This document shows, piece by piece, positions 36,314 through 48,854 of a stretch of DNA of 64,000 nucleotides. Made by a program: the position numbers and the translations under genes. The stretch is from Octopus vulgaris (Eukaryota), in assembly GCA_951406725.2 (NCBI GenBank), contig OX597815.1, forward strand, positions 121,272,001 to 121,336,000, in the 5' to 3' direction. Every line of letters starts with the position of its first letter. Positions within the stretch are counted from its first letter, which is position 1. The notes under the pieces are model-generated. The model was not told the origin of the DNA. It ran no database searches and was given only the letters and a program-made list of their open reading frames with translations.

Positions 36314-36850
36314 TGTTCATCTGAGAAAATCACTCTATCCTAAGACGAACTTGATTTTTCTGGCATCTCCTCATTTCTTTCTTTTCATGATATTAATTGG
36401 TTAAAGGAGAGGTTTTCTTCTAGCTGCTCGTCCATAATACCCAAGCTTATGCAGATATGTAACACACGTTCTTGGACTAACGTCTAGCTGTTTTGCAATA
36501 TCAGAAGCCTTTGAATGGGGTTTGTTTTCCACAATTCTCTTCAAACAGCAAAGCTTCCTTTCCAAGGGCCCAGGTCAGCCAGGACAAGAATCCTTGATTC
36601 TTTCCTTGGCTTTTGAATTGCATTATAATTCAAAAATTGCTGAAAATCTTCAAATTTTTTTTGCTATTGTAAACAGTAGCAAAAAGAATTTGAAGATTTT
36701 CGGCAATTTTTCGCTGGCAAAGACCAGCCTCATATTGCCCAACAGTATGACCTCTTTGAAAATCTGACAGTTCTGCTGAAGTTTTTGTGCATGGCATGGT
36801 TACTCTTTGCAAATGTTTAATATAATTGCACCTGGAATGAAAAAGAATAA
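36314..36850 (-). mobile_element. Tc1-like transposase 5' fragment, pseudogene
   Basis: MPCTKTSAELSDFQRGHTVGQYEAGLCQRKIAENL (paired-like HTH), then LKRIVENKPHSKASDIAKQLDVSPRT...LGYYGRAARRKPLL and RVIFSDE. Confidence 0.85.
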
Positions 36851-36859
36851 TTACATTGT

Positions 36860-37060
36860 ATGTTTGTCTGTCTGTGTTTGTCCCCACCATCGATTAACAA
36901 CTGATGTTAGTGTGTTTATGTTTTCCGTACATTAGCGGTTCAGCAAGGGAGATTGATGGAATGAGTACTAGGCTTACAAAGAATAAATCCTAGGGTTGAT
37001 TTGTTCGACTAAAAGCATGGCCACAGTCAAATGACTGAAACAAGTAAAAGAATAAAAGAA
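36860..37060 (+). mobile_element. SINE family A, 3' half
   Basis: GTGTTTGTCCCC...ACTAGGCTTACAAAGAATAA...GACTGAAACAAGTAAAAG. Confidence 0.8.
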
Positions 37061-37072
37061 CATATATACATA

Positions 37073-37268
37073 AGAGGTACTGAAAAGTTCCTGACTTTGA
37101 GGGTATCATGAAAGGTGTGGTTGGAGTCCCAACCTTCTGAGTTCTTTTGCAGGGGTTGGAGAGATTGAAGGGCATGTAGGTCTGAGAGTGGAATATGCTG
37201 AATGGAGTGTTAAGTAGCTGATCCACCTGTTTCCTTTTGCCAAAAGCCAGGAACTTTAGCCCCCCTCG
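37073..37268. mobile_element. Mariner-type MITE
   Basis: TIRs GGTACTGAAAAGTTCCTGACTTT and AAAGCCAGGAACTTTAGCCCCCCTCG, flanked by TA. Confidence 0.7.
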
Positions 37269-37274
37269 TATATA

Positions 37275-37631
37275 TGTCGCTTTGACTACCATGTAGGCAA
37301 TCATCGAAATTTTTGTTTGTCTTGTTGAGAGAGGCTCCTTTTCTTTCCTGATGAGAAGATTGCATAATGCACCCTTTATTCCTTCGGAATGAAAATATGC
37401 TGTCTTCGAAACATGTGTCGAGAGTAAAGGAATTTTGTTAACATCTTCGTTCGACTCCATTCTTTCATTTATTCATATACAACACACAAATTTCTACACA
37501 TGAACCCGGAGTTTCTACCCTTGACAGGTCGCTTCAACCGTGTTTTCTGACGTGAATTTGCTACCCAGGTTTCGGTTAAAAGAATTTTCCATGCTGATGA
37601 TAAACTTAGGATAATTCATTCACCTACTTAA
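37275..37631 (+). mobile_element. PLE-type pLTR fragment, same family as 8583-9098
   Basis: Colinear with 8810-9098, including the HHR and the GCTTCAACCGTGTTTTCTGACGTGAATTT tail. Confidence 0.75.
37336..37431 (+). ncRNA. Type I hammerhead ribozyme
   Basis: CUUUC-CUGAUGA-GAAGAU.GCAUA...UAUGC.GUCUUC-GAAAC-AUGU-GUC-GAGAG. Stem I extends via UCCUUU/AAAGGA. Confidence 0.85.
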
Positions 37632-37652
37632 ATATATATATATATATATATA

Positions 37653-38218
37653 TTGGGTTGTCTGGAAAGTTTGTGCCGATTTATAGTAGCTTACCTTTCG
37701 ACTTATTTTAGAACATGGTTGAGTCCATAAAATAGGATTTGACTACACCTCCATTTAGAGCACAGTTTAAGCTATCTTTTCGTGGAAGAAGATTTATGTT
37801 CCTATAACCTGTGTTAATTCTGTAACCCTTTAAAATGGAAGATAAGAAAGTTCATTTTTGGCAATTGATGCTTTGGGAACCAGACAAAAATTGCTGCAGC
37901 TCGGCTGGGATGTGTTACGCCACCCTCCATATTCACCAGATATTGCTCCTTCAGATTTCCACTTATTCAGGTCTCTGCAGAATAGTCTTAATGGTAAAAA
38001 TTTCAATTCCATGGATGATGTAAAAAGATACTGTGATGAATTCTTTGCCATGAAACCACATCATTTCTGGGAAGAGGGTATTTTCAAGTTAAAGGAACGA
38101 TGGAGACGCATTGTGCTACAAAATGGTTCATATTTGGTTGATTAAAAATGTAATGGCAAGTATTTATTGACCTTTTTCTTTCCTTTAAAAATCGGCATGA
38201 ACTTACCAGACAACCCAA
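37653..38218 (+). mobile_element. Internally deleted mariner (DD34D-type) transposon
   Basis: TIRs TTGGGTTGTCTGGAAAGTTTGTGCCGATTT and AAATCGGCATGAACTTACCAGACAACCCAA, with TA on both sides. The N-terminus MEDKKVHF is joined to the C-terminal LGWDVLRHPPYSPDIAPSDFHLFRSLQ. Confidence 0.95.
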
Positions 38219-38220
38219 TA

Positions 38221-38550
38221 TATTTCGTTTTGGGATTTGGTTTGCAAAATTCTTTATGTGAGTTTGTGTGTTGAAGCATATACTATTGTGTCTGGGGAGA
38301 GTCATTCTCTTTTGGTGCCTTGTGGTTTAACACGCTCACCGGTGGAGTTTCCAGTTATTTCTTTTTTATTTTTCTAAAATTTTTGTTGCATCTTGCAACC
38401 TTTTCAATAGTTTTGACTCTCAAAACTATTGAAAGGGTCGCGAGGCACAGCAGGAGTTTTGGAGGAATGGGGGGAGTTTTACCCGTGAGTGTGTTGAGTT
38501 GTAGGGCGCCAGAAGAGAGTGACTCTCCCCAGACACAACAGTGTATATAT
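38221..38550. repeat. Palindromic (foldback) interspersed repeat
   Basis: Arms about 38278-38415 and 38419-38550 are centred on AATAGTTTTGA-CTC-TCAAAACTATT. TTGTGTCTGGGGAGAGTCA pairs with TGACTCTCCCCAGACACAA. Confidence 0.85.
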
Positions 38551-38633
38551 ATATATATTGAGAGAGAGAGAGAGAGAGAGCAACTTCCGCTACATTCCAG
38601 GGAGAAAAACAAGAGGTAGTTGATATCTTCCAT

Positions 38634-39775
38634 TACCTAGGTGACCACATCAGTAGTGGGGGAGGATGCGCTGAAAGTGTAGCTGCTAGAATAAGAATAA
38701 CCTGGGCAAACTTCAGAGAGCTCTTACCTCTGCTGGTGACAAAGGGCCTCTCGCTCAGAGTGAAAGACAAACTGTATGACGCATGTGTATGAAAAGCCAT
38801 GCTACATGGCAGTGAAACATGGGCCTGGATTGCTGAGGACATGCATAAGCTCGCAAGGAATGAAGTCAGTATGATCCGAAGGATGTGTAATGTCAGTGTG
38901 CATACTCAACAGAGTGTAAGTACCTTGAGAGAAAAGTTGGACCTAAGAAGCATCAGATGTAGTGTGCAAGAGAGACAACTGCACTGGTATGGTCATGTGG
39001 CAAGAATGGATGAGGATAGCTGTGGGAAAAAGTGCCACACCCTAGCAGTTGAGGGAACCTGTAGAAGAGGTAGACCGATGAAGACCTGGGATGAAGTGGT
39101 GAAGCACAACCTTCGAACATTAGGCCTCACCGCGGCAATGACTAGTGACCAAGACCTTTGGAAATATGCTGTGCTTGAGAAGACTCGGCAAGCCAAATGA
39201 GACCATAACCTCGCAGCCTATGCCAGTGGTGTAACCAGCCCACTTATGCGTACCTTTTCCTTCATTGGACACTAAACTCTGGTTGTGAAGACCTGTTGAG
39301 GCAAGTGAAATCGAAATCGAAATCAAATTCGATGACTGGCATCCATGCTAGTGGAGCGCTAAGAGCACCATCTGAACGTGATCATTGCCAGAGGGGCTAA
39401 CTGGCTTCGATGCCGGTAGCACATAAAAAGCACCATTTGAGCGTGATCTTACCAGTGTCGCCTTACTGGCACCTGAAAAACTTTCAAGTGAGGTAATTGC
39501 CAGTGCCACTGGACTGGCTCCTGTGCAGGTGGCACATAAAAGAACACCATTTGAGTATGGCCGTTGCCAGTACCGGCTGACTGGCCCCGTGCTGGTGGAA
39601 TGTAAAAGCACCCACTACACTCATGGAGTGGTTGGCATTAGGAGGGGCATCAAGCTGTAGAAACATTGCCAGATTAAGTTTGGAGCCTGGTGCAGCCATC
39701 TGGTTCGCCAGTCCTCAGTCAAATAATCCAACCCATGCTAGTATGGAAAGCGGATGTTAAACGATGGTGATGATA
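38634..39775 (+). mobile_element. RTE-clade LINE, 5'-truncated (RT C-terminal region and 3' UTR)
   Basis: YLGDHISSGGGC...AMLHGSETWA...QLHWYGHVARM...RRGRPMKTW motifs. The UTR ends in GTTAAACGATGGTGATGAT. Confidence 0.92.
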
Positions 39776-39944
39776 TGTATGTATATCTTTTAATTTTGTT
39801 TACAGGAAATGTTTTTAATGTGAAAATGGAGTTCCCATTCCATTGTGCCAGCTACACTCTAATGATGCTGACTAGTGAACCATCACATAGCAATGAATTA
39901 AAATATTTATAAATTCCATTCAAGGATTATTGTTATCATTACTA

Positions 39945-40278
39945 CATATATATGATAGATGCCAGGCACGCCTGACTGGTTCCGACGCCAGTGTCACATA
40001 AAAATCATCATTCAGACATGGCTGATGCCATTGCCCCCTGACTGGCTCTTTTGCTGGTGGCACGTAAAAAGCACTATCTGAACATGATCGATACCATGCC
40101 CGACTGACTGGCACCTGTGCTGGTGGCAAGTAAAAAGCACCCACTACACTCTCCAAGTGGTTGGCATTAGGAAGGGCATCCAGCTGTAGAAACATTGCCA
40201 GATCAGATTGGAGCGTGGTACAGCCACTGGCTTTCCAGACCTCAGTCAAATTGTCCAATCCATGCCAGCATGGAAAAC
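39945..40278 (+). mobile_element. RTE 3' UTR fragment
   Basis: Homologous to 39340-39775. Confidence 0.85.
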
Positions 40279-41486
40279 GGATGTTAAACGATGATGATAC
40301 CGTGCAGTGGGACTGAACATGGAACCATGTGGTTGGGAAGATAACTTCTTACCACACAGCCAAGCTTGTGCCTAGTATTTATCATAATTTGACTAGCTTG
40401 TTTTTTGCCTGGATAAACTACTTCAGTTTCACACATGTAGTCATGTTGTTTTGACTTTAGCAAATATATATTGATTTAAAAACTTTAACAAATATATATT
40501 CATTTAAATTGAACTTAGATTTTATACAATATCTTAAAACAATAGTTATGAAATGTGGGAATACTGGTTTCGATTTTGGCAAGGGGCCAGCAGTTTCAGA
40601 GTAAGGGGTAAACCAATTACATTAATCCCAGTGTTCAACTGGTACTTATTTTATCAACCCGGAAATGATCAAAATCAATTTTGACCCCAGCGGCATTTGA
40701 ATTCAGAATGTAAAGATGGATGAAATGTTTCTAAGCATTTTGACCAGCACACTACCTTAGGAAATGCAGAAATATTACTAATATAAATGTAATAGAATGG
40801 GGCTCACCTCTTTGAGCATACAATTCCGCTCACCTCTTTGAGCTGGGAAATGAATGGAATGCCTGGTGTGTGTCTTGTGGCTACCCACTCTTAAAAAAGT
40901 GGGGAATAGGCCTGGGTATATAAAGTAAAAGATAAATAAATGTAATCATGGATCCGTTACAGATTTACTCAATCAACCAGAAATAGCAGCCAAGTTTCTT
41001 TTAAATCACACCCTACCATCTTAGAAAAAGAGCATGCTGGACAACTTAGTTTCGGATTCTTTGTAGGAAAAAGACAGGTGGATCATGGTTGGCAGGCATT
41101 TGATCTGAAGTTTGCTTGAACAGTAAATAACTGGAATTGGACAACAACAATTAAAATCCCACTGTATTTCTAATTTATAACAAACTATCTGCATATTTAC
41201 TTAATTGGATTTTAAGAAAAAGTTGGCTATTAATTAAATTTCAGGATGAAGAATCATTTTAGAATTACATGTTTTTAATTAATAAGGATCATACACATAA
41301 ATACATATGTATAATTATATGCATGCAAGTGTGTGTAAGTTTAATTAATAAGGGTAGATAGAGATAGATAGATAGATAGGTAGATAGATAGATAGACAGA
41401 TAAACACACACACATATATATCATATATAATATATATGTATATGTATGTATATGTGTGTATATACATATATATATATGTATGTGTT

Positions 41487-41521
<35 letters not shown>

Positions 41522-41638
41522 ATTTATATATATACATATATATATATATATGTATATATATGTATATGTATATAGATATATATACATATACATATATATG
41601 TATATATATATATATATGTATATATATGTATATATGTG

Positions 41639-41701
<63 letters not shown>

Positions 41702-42098
41702 ATGTATGCATGTATATGTATATATTTGTATGTGTACGTATATGTATGTATGTATGTATTTATCTATATATGTATGAATGTGTATGTGTGTGAATGCATG
41801 TGTGTGTGTATGTATGTGTGAGTGAGTGTTTGAGGGTATGAGAGATTCTTCTAAAAATTGATTAATTTTCATTAAAAATTTCAGAATATCTATTCAATAT
41901 CAACTTTGTTTGTTTCAATTTTCAACCATTAACTCTTGCTTCAGATTTCTATAACCTATCTTGTCATTATGATATACATTAAGATTCCCTAAAAGTTTGT
42001 GACCCTTAGTGTCTTTTAAACAATCATAATTCTAGCCAAATTCTAACAAAAGTTAACACTATGAAATACTGTAGTATACATAATATAATGTTTTTGGT

Positions 42099-42582
42099 AG
42101 GCACAGGTGTGGCTGTGTGGTAAGAAGCTTGCTTCATAACCACATAGTTATGGGTTCAGTCCTACTGCATGGCACATTGGGAAAGTGTCTTCTACTATAG
42201 TCTGGGGCCAACCAAAGCCTTATGAGCGGATTTGTTAGACAGAAACTGAAAGAATCCCGTCATATATGAGAAAATGTATATTAATGTGTCCAACTGGTAA
42301 AAATTCTATTTATTTGTGCAACTGATGATAGCATTGCGTTTAAATTGATGTAATGATTGCATTGTTCAATTAAATGGAGCTGCTTGATATGGTTGTACTG
42401 CATCACATCTTGATATCCTGTTGCTTATTTTGATTTTATATATATATATATTTGTATGTACTTGTGTGTCTGTGTCTGTCCTCCCTACCAACGTTTGACA
42501 TCCATTGTTGGTGTGTTTATGTCCCCATAACTTAGCAGTTCAGCAAAATAGACCAATAGAATAAGTACTGAGTTTACAAAGA
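42099..42582 (+). mobile_element. SINE family A, interrupted in its microsatellite
   Basis: Head at 42099-42265 and tail at 42460-42582. Confidence 0.8.
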
Positions 42583-43289
42583 GAGGAGGAGGAGGATATT
42601 TGATACCCAATTCAAAAATGGTATATTATTTGCTGAGAAAGACTTTATTACATTGGAATATTTAGTTTATATGTAAAAATATTGTAACAAGTTAAAACCT
42701 CCTCAATATAATTATTTTGTAAGCATATGTAAATTTAGACAAAGTTTTAAATTTTCTGAAATCCATATAGTTCAGAACCTTTATAAATCCGTGACTATCA
42801 TCCTCCAGTTGTGTTCATTTGACGATTGTGAATCTAAATGGTATGAAATTACAACTGACATTTTTCTCTTTTCGCTTAATTCATTTCATTCATTCTGCAT
42901 ACATGTCTTTCTAGCTAGAGCAATCGGTCTCTTAATTGCACTCAGTACCATCAAATTGGTGCTGGTCTTTACCTTGGAGATTTGCTTTAATCATTATGCT
43001 GGGCTTGTGGCTTGGTAAAGATGCTTTTTTGGCTTTTAGGCATCTAGGCAGAATTTGATCTTAAAACAAATACTGCAAGGCATTTGGTCCAACATTTTTA
43101 TAATTCCACCAATCTGATTCCCTGGATTGTTGCTAACTTTAATCAAGCCAAAAAGATGAAAGGCAAAATTGATCTTGATAGTATTTGATCTCAGAACACA
43201 GAGCGTTAGAACAAACACTATGTAATGGTTCTGTCAGTTTGTCATCTGCTGATAAATTACTATTTCCTATAGTCCTTGATCTGTGAAGG

Positions 43290-43620
43290 AACATGGCTTA
43301 GTGGTTAGAGCATTGAGCTCACAATCATGAGGAAATGAGTTCGATTCCTGGACCAAGCTGTGTGTTGTGTTCTTGAGCAAGACACTTTATTTTAAGTTGC
43401 TTCAGTTCAGTCAGCTGTAGAAACGAGTTGCAACATCACTGGTGTCAAGCTGTATTGGCCTTTGCTTTTCTTTTGGATAGCATCAGTGGCATACAGAGGG
43501 GAGGCTGATATGCATGGGTGATTACTGGTCTTCCATAAAACAACCTTGCCCAGACTTGTGCCTCAGAGGGTAACTTTGTAGGTACAATGCCATGGTCATT
43601 CATGACCGAAGGAGGTCTTT
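43290..43620 (+). mobile_element. SINE family C variant
   Basis: A box TGGCTTAGTGG, B box GTTCGATTC, core TTCTTGAGCAAGACACTTT; the 3' part is shared with 36090-36312. Confidence 0.85.
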
Positions 43621-43634
43621 TCCTTGATCTAGAC

Positions 43635-43974
43635 CAGTGATCCTCAACCACTTTTTATCGATAGACCCCTTTCACTAGTATTTTACTCTGGTGTACCCCC
43701 ATAGCCATTCAAAGTTTAAAAACTAGTTTTATAGATACTTCTTTCAAAATTCTTATTTTGTTTCTCACACATTAACTTGTGTAGGTTGAACTGTGTCAAA
43801 TGTTAGAGAAAGAAATTTAGCTGTTTCTTTCCACAAATACATCTAAAGTAAAAAACTTTTCATTGACCCTTAAAATACTATTGTGGAACTAATTTACTAT
43901 TTTCTTTATGTGGACCTCTCAAAACTTTTATATAGACCACCAGGGATCATATGGACTTCAGATGAGAACCACTG
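43635..43974. mobile_element. hAT (Charlie-like) MITE
   Basis: CAGTGATCCTCA and TGAGAACCACTG ends. Reverse complement of 55922-56274; degenerate 8-bp TSD ATCTAGAC/AATTAGAT. Confidence 0.8.
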
Positions 43975-45972
43975 AATTAGATGATTGTCTTCCAGAATAT
44001 TCAGTCCTGCATTTAACCATTTTGATACCAACCCTGTTTCAAACTGACTGAAATTAAAGCCTTCCAAGAAAATTTCACATGAAATTATGTTCCAAACAAA
44101 TTCCACCTATTTACTCCTCCTTCACATTCTTATGGGAGAATCCACTCTCTCATCACCTCCCATGATCTACTGTCTGTAATTTCTCTTATGCCCACCTTGT
44201 TCCTTGAGTGTTTACTCTTGCATTCCATCATTACCTTCCTTTTATCTTTTTCAGTCATGTATCTTCTCTATTGCAAGACACCCATGCTTGTCTCTCTATA
44301 ATACTTCAGCCTTTCAACACCTGATATAATGCTAGCTACCTCAAAAATTCTTCCTCTTAGTGGTGAGAGATTTTCCCTTTCCTTTTTCCCTGTTCAGACG
44401 AAGACAATGATGATTCAAGCTTTAATTACTCCCTGAACAATCAGGTATAGCGACAGTTCTGTAAGTGATTACTCTTCATAAGTTCTACAAATCATATTCT
44501 GAAAATTCCAGGCTTTTGTATTTTCAAATATTACCACTGCAATGAAATAAGGGTAAAAAAAACCATGTTCATACAACTTTATGGTTAATTTCTTCTTGGA
44601 TTCAAATATAATTAAACCACATTCAATGAGGTGAAATAGGAAGTATGTGTAAATTATTTTTGATCCCTCAATAAATCAAACTTTAAGTTTGATTTATTGA
44701 GACAATACATAAAATTAATTTCAAAATGTCTGCTTATTGAAAGATGATTCCTAAATATAAATATAAATCATGGCACTAAAATGGAGTTCATATAAAAGGT
44801 GGAAATATTTCTATTAAAATGACTTATTAATATCCATATTAAATGCTATTTTATTAAGTATATAATTAAAAAATAATATTTATTTTGAAATATGTCTCTA
44901 TAGATAAACAATCAATAACCCCACCACCATCACTACTACCACCAATTTGATTATTAATTGTTCTACTGGATAATTGCATAATGGCTAAGAGCAATGAAAC
45001 TCTGTTTTAGAAATACTGGTTCTGAACTAGAACATTGAGTAGGAATAGAATACCATAGGATGATGAAAGGATTGTCTGTTAACTCAGTAAAAAACATTTA
45101 CCTCATAAATGCTGATATCTTTGAAAAACCAGCAAGGTTTTTAAACTTTCAATGACCTTCTATCAGTTACCCCTCCTCGTTAAAACCCACATAATGTGTA
45201 TAGGACAAACATTAGTGGCTCCTGCCAGACTTTCTGTTCTTTAATCAATGAGATTTTTCCGTGTTACCTTTTGGTATGATAATCTAGCAATAAAAATACT
45301 TTCCTTTTCATAAAAGAGAACTGTAAAACACCTTCAACTGTCTACTGTTCTTTTTTTTTTTTTTGTACATCTACATCAGACAAGACAAAAGAGAAAAATC
45401 TGTGAAAGAGGAACAGATAAAACAATAAATACAAACACATATAAAATATTAAAATAAGTTGAAGCAAGAAAATATTAAGATCATTTGAAGCATTACATTA
45501 TATTTGTTATATATATTATATTATATTGATTACAAATATCACAACTCTTTATATATATATATAGAGAGAGAGAGAGAAAGAGACAAAGAAAGGTGATGGA
45601 CTGGCAGAATTGATAGAACATCAGACAAAAAATATCTTACTGTATTTGTTATATTCTGAGTTTAGTACTGCCAAGATAGATCAACATTGCTTGCCATCCT
45701 TATTAAAATAAAGCACTTGTCAAGTACTGGATTTGATGTTATTGATGAAACCTTCTCTTGAAATTTCTGGTTTTGTGCCGGTATTAAAAATTAAAATTTG
45801 GACAGAGAAGGAGGGTCTTTGCAACACCTCAACTAGGAAGGTTGAAACTGAAACAGTCATTTTATTTGAACTTCTGTAAGTTGGAGAAGAGAAGAAGAGA
45901 TATTATCCAGCTTTTAACAGAGATAGTTTGCAGCTTCTTTGATGAGAGAAGCAGAAACTGTTATACTTTTAG

Positions 45973-46011
<39 letters not shown>

Positions 46012-46228
46012 CTTTAATACCCACAGGGATCTAAACATAAAGGGGACAAACAAAGGAATTAAGTCGATTACATCGACCCCAGTGCTTAACTGGTATTTAT
46101 CTAATCGACCTTGAAAGGACGAAAGGCAAAGGTGACCTCAGTGGAGTTTGAACGCAGAACGTGAAAGTAGACGAAATACCGCTAAGCATTTTGCCCAGTG
46201 TGCTAACGATTCTGCCAGCTCACTGCCC
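46012..46228 (-). mobile_element. SINE family B
   Basis: Reverse complement of GGCAGTGAGCTGGCAGAATCGTTAGC...CTTTGCCTTTCGTCCTTTCAAGGTCGAT. Confidence 0.85.
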
Positions 46229-46505
46229 AAATATACATATATAAAGGTATGAAACTGAGTATTAGTATTTTGGTTGATAACTAATGAAGAAATTAGGGTC
46301 CTTCTGTGGCTGTTGTACATGTACATTTTATAATATTTAATGCATTTTTCATTTACATATATATTGACTGCTTCTTCTAGCGTGTAAAAACTGCCCGTTG
46401 AAGGCAGTTTTCTCTTGTGTTTAAATGTACACTATTTTATATGTGTGTGTGTATAAATGTATGTATGTGTATGTATATATTCATACATACATGTATGTGC
46501 GTGTG

Positions 46506-46548
<43 letters not shown>

Positions 46549-47084
46549 ATATAGTCTGTTGTCAAGCAAATTGTTTGCAGACTGTCCTTTCAAAATCATG
46601 TAGTATAAGAGATCTTGAAAAACTAGTGCAGGTTAGCATTGTTTTTTTTCAAAACAAAGCTTTGCTAATATATATCTACCTAACCTATACTATCATGGAA
46701 AAGCAGACATAAAGACACACACACACATAAATAAATATTTATTTACATATAAATACACATGCACACACATACGCACACATTTATATATGCTCAATGGGTG
46801 AGAAGATAATAGCATAAGTGTGTAATAGACAAACACCGGATTAGTCCACAGACTACCTAGATTCTTAAAATCCAACATCAAAATCTTAGTAAGAATAATC
46901 TCAAAGAATTATAAGCAATGTATAGCTTTAGTGTGAAATAAAGAGACGAAAAAAAATGAGCAAACATTTTTATATGGCATTTTATCATTAATAAACGATG
47001 TTACATAAACATCTATGTTTATGTGAGATCTTTTATAAATGATACAATGTCATATATAATACTTTTCTATTCTTTGTCTATATA

Positions 47085-47247
47085 GGCACAGATGTCACTG
47101 TGTGGTAAGTAGCTTGCTTACGAACCACATGGTTCTGGGTTCAGTCCCACTGCATGACACCTTGGGCAGGTGTCTTCTACTATAGCCTCGGGCCGACCAA
47201 AGCCTTGTAAGTGGATTTGGTAGACGGAAACTGAAAGAAGCCCATTG

Positions 47248-47278
<31 letters not shown>

Positions 47279-47875
47279 TTGTGTGTCTGTGTTTGTCCCC
47301 CCAATGTCGGTTGACAACCGATGCTGGTGTGTTTACATCCCTGTAACTTAGCGGTTCAGCAAGAAACCGATAGAATAAGTATTAGGCCTCCAAAGAATAA
47401 GTCCTGGGGTCAATTTGCTTGACTAAAGGCGGTGCTCCAGCATGGCCACAGTCAAATGACTGAAACAAGTAAAAGAGTCTAGGCACAGATGTGGCTGTGT
47501 GGTAAGAAGTTTGCATTCCAGTCACATGGTTCTGGGTTTAGTCCCACTGTGTGGTACCATGGGCAAGTATCTTCTATAGCCCCAGGCTAACCACAGCTTT
47601 GTGAGCAGATTTTGGTAGACAGAATCTGAAAGAAGCCTGTTGTGTGTGTGTGTGTGTCTTTATGTCTGCCTTTCTCCCACACTATCTCTTGACAACAGGT
47701 GTTGGTGTGTTTACATTTTTGTAACTTAGCAGTTCAGCTAAAGAGATCAATGACATAAAAAAATAATTAAATACTAGGGTTGATTCCTTTAACAAAAAAA
47801 TTTCCACAAGGTAGTGCCCCAGCATGGCTGCAGTCTAATGAATGAATGAATGAAACAAGTAAAATATGAAAGATA
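47085..47875 (+). mobile_element. Two head-to-tail SINE family A copies (47085-47477 and 47482-47875)
   Basis: Both start GGCACAGATGT; the first is closer to the consensus of the other young copies. Confidence 0.9.
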
Positions 47876-47927
47876 AATGATACATACAAATATATTTATA
47901 CATGTGTATTACATCATATCATATATA

Positions 47928-48460
47928 TATCATCATCATCATCATCATCATCATTTAACGTCCGCTTTCCATGCTAGCATGGGTTGGACGGTTCAACTGG
48001 GGTCTGGGGAGCCCGAAGGCTGCACCAGGCCAGTCAGATCTGGCAGTGTTTCTACAGCTGGATGCCCTTCCTAACGCCAACCACTCCGAGAGTGTAGTGG
48101 GTGATTTTATGTGCCACCGACACAGGTGCCAGACGAGGCTGGCGAACGGCCACGCTCGGATGGTGTTTTTTTTTATGTGCCACCAACACAGGTGCCAGAT
48201 GAGGCTGGCAGACGGCCACGCTCGGATGGTGTTTTTATGTGCCACCGACACAGGTGCCAGATGAGGCTGGCGAACAGCCATGATCGGATGGTGTTTGTTA
48301 CGTGCCCACAGCACGGAGGCCAGTCGATGCGGTACTGGCTACGGCCACGTTCGGATGGTTTTCTTGTATGCCACCGGCACTGGTACCACAAAGATACAAA
48401 TTCCATTGATGTTCATCTATTTTGATTTGTTTTGATTTGATTTGATTTGATTTTGATTTT
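47928..48460 (-). mobile_element. Young RTE 3' UTR fragment with an internal minisatellite of about 62 bp
   Basis: CpG-rich reverse complement of 39310-39775, with 3-4 tandem units at 48105-48380. Confidence 0.88.
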
Positions 48461-48771
48461 GATATATATTTGTATATAAGTGTATGTGTATATATATAAA
48501 TATATATATATATATATTTGTATATAAGTGTATGTGTATATATATATATATATCATCATCATCATCATCATCATCATCGTTTAACGTCCGCTTTCCATGC
48601 TGGTATGGGTTGGATGGCTTGACTGAGGGCTGACAAGCCAGAAGGCTGCACCAGGTTCCACTCTGATCTGGCAGAGTATGTACAGCTTGATGCCCTTTTT
48701 AACACCAAAAGGAAAATTGAATAAGGAGACTAATGCTTGGGGTGTTGTTAAACCATTTATATCTTGAATTC

Positions 48772-48854
48772 TTCTACATATGTTTCAACGTATGCACTCC
48801 AGAAATGTCTGACAGGATAAATTATGGTCAGCAATACATCAGTCTCATTGGGAA
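48772..48854 (-). ncRNA. Decayed hammerhead motif
   Basis: UUC-CCAAUGA (mutated core)-GACUGAUG...CAUACGUU-GAAAC-AUAU-GUA-GAA. Confidence 0.5.

Noticed and set aside
46388-46419. AAAACTGCC/GGCAGTTTT hairpin resembling a terminator or Helitron end
   Set aside because: Eukaryotic context and no matching other end found.
48105-48380. CRISPR-like regular repeats
   Set aside because: No unique spacers or cas genes; it is a minisatellite in a LINE UTR.
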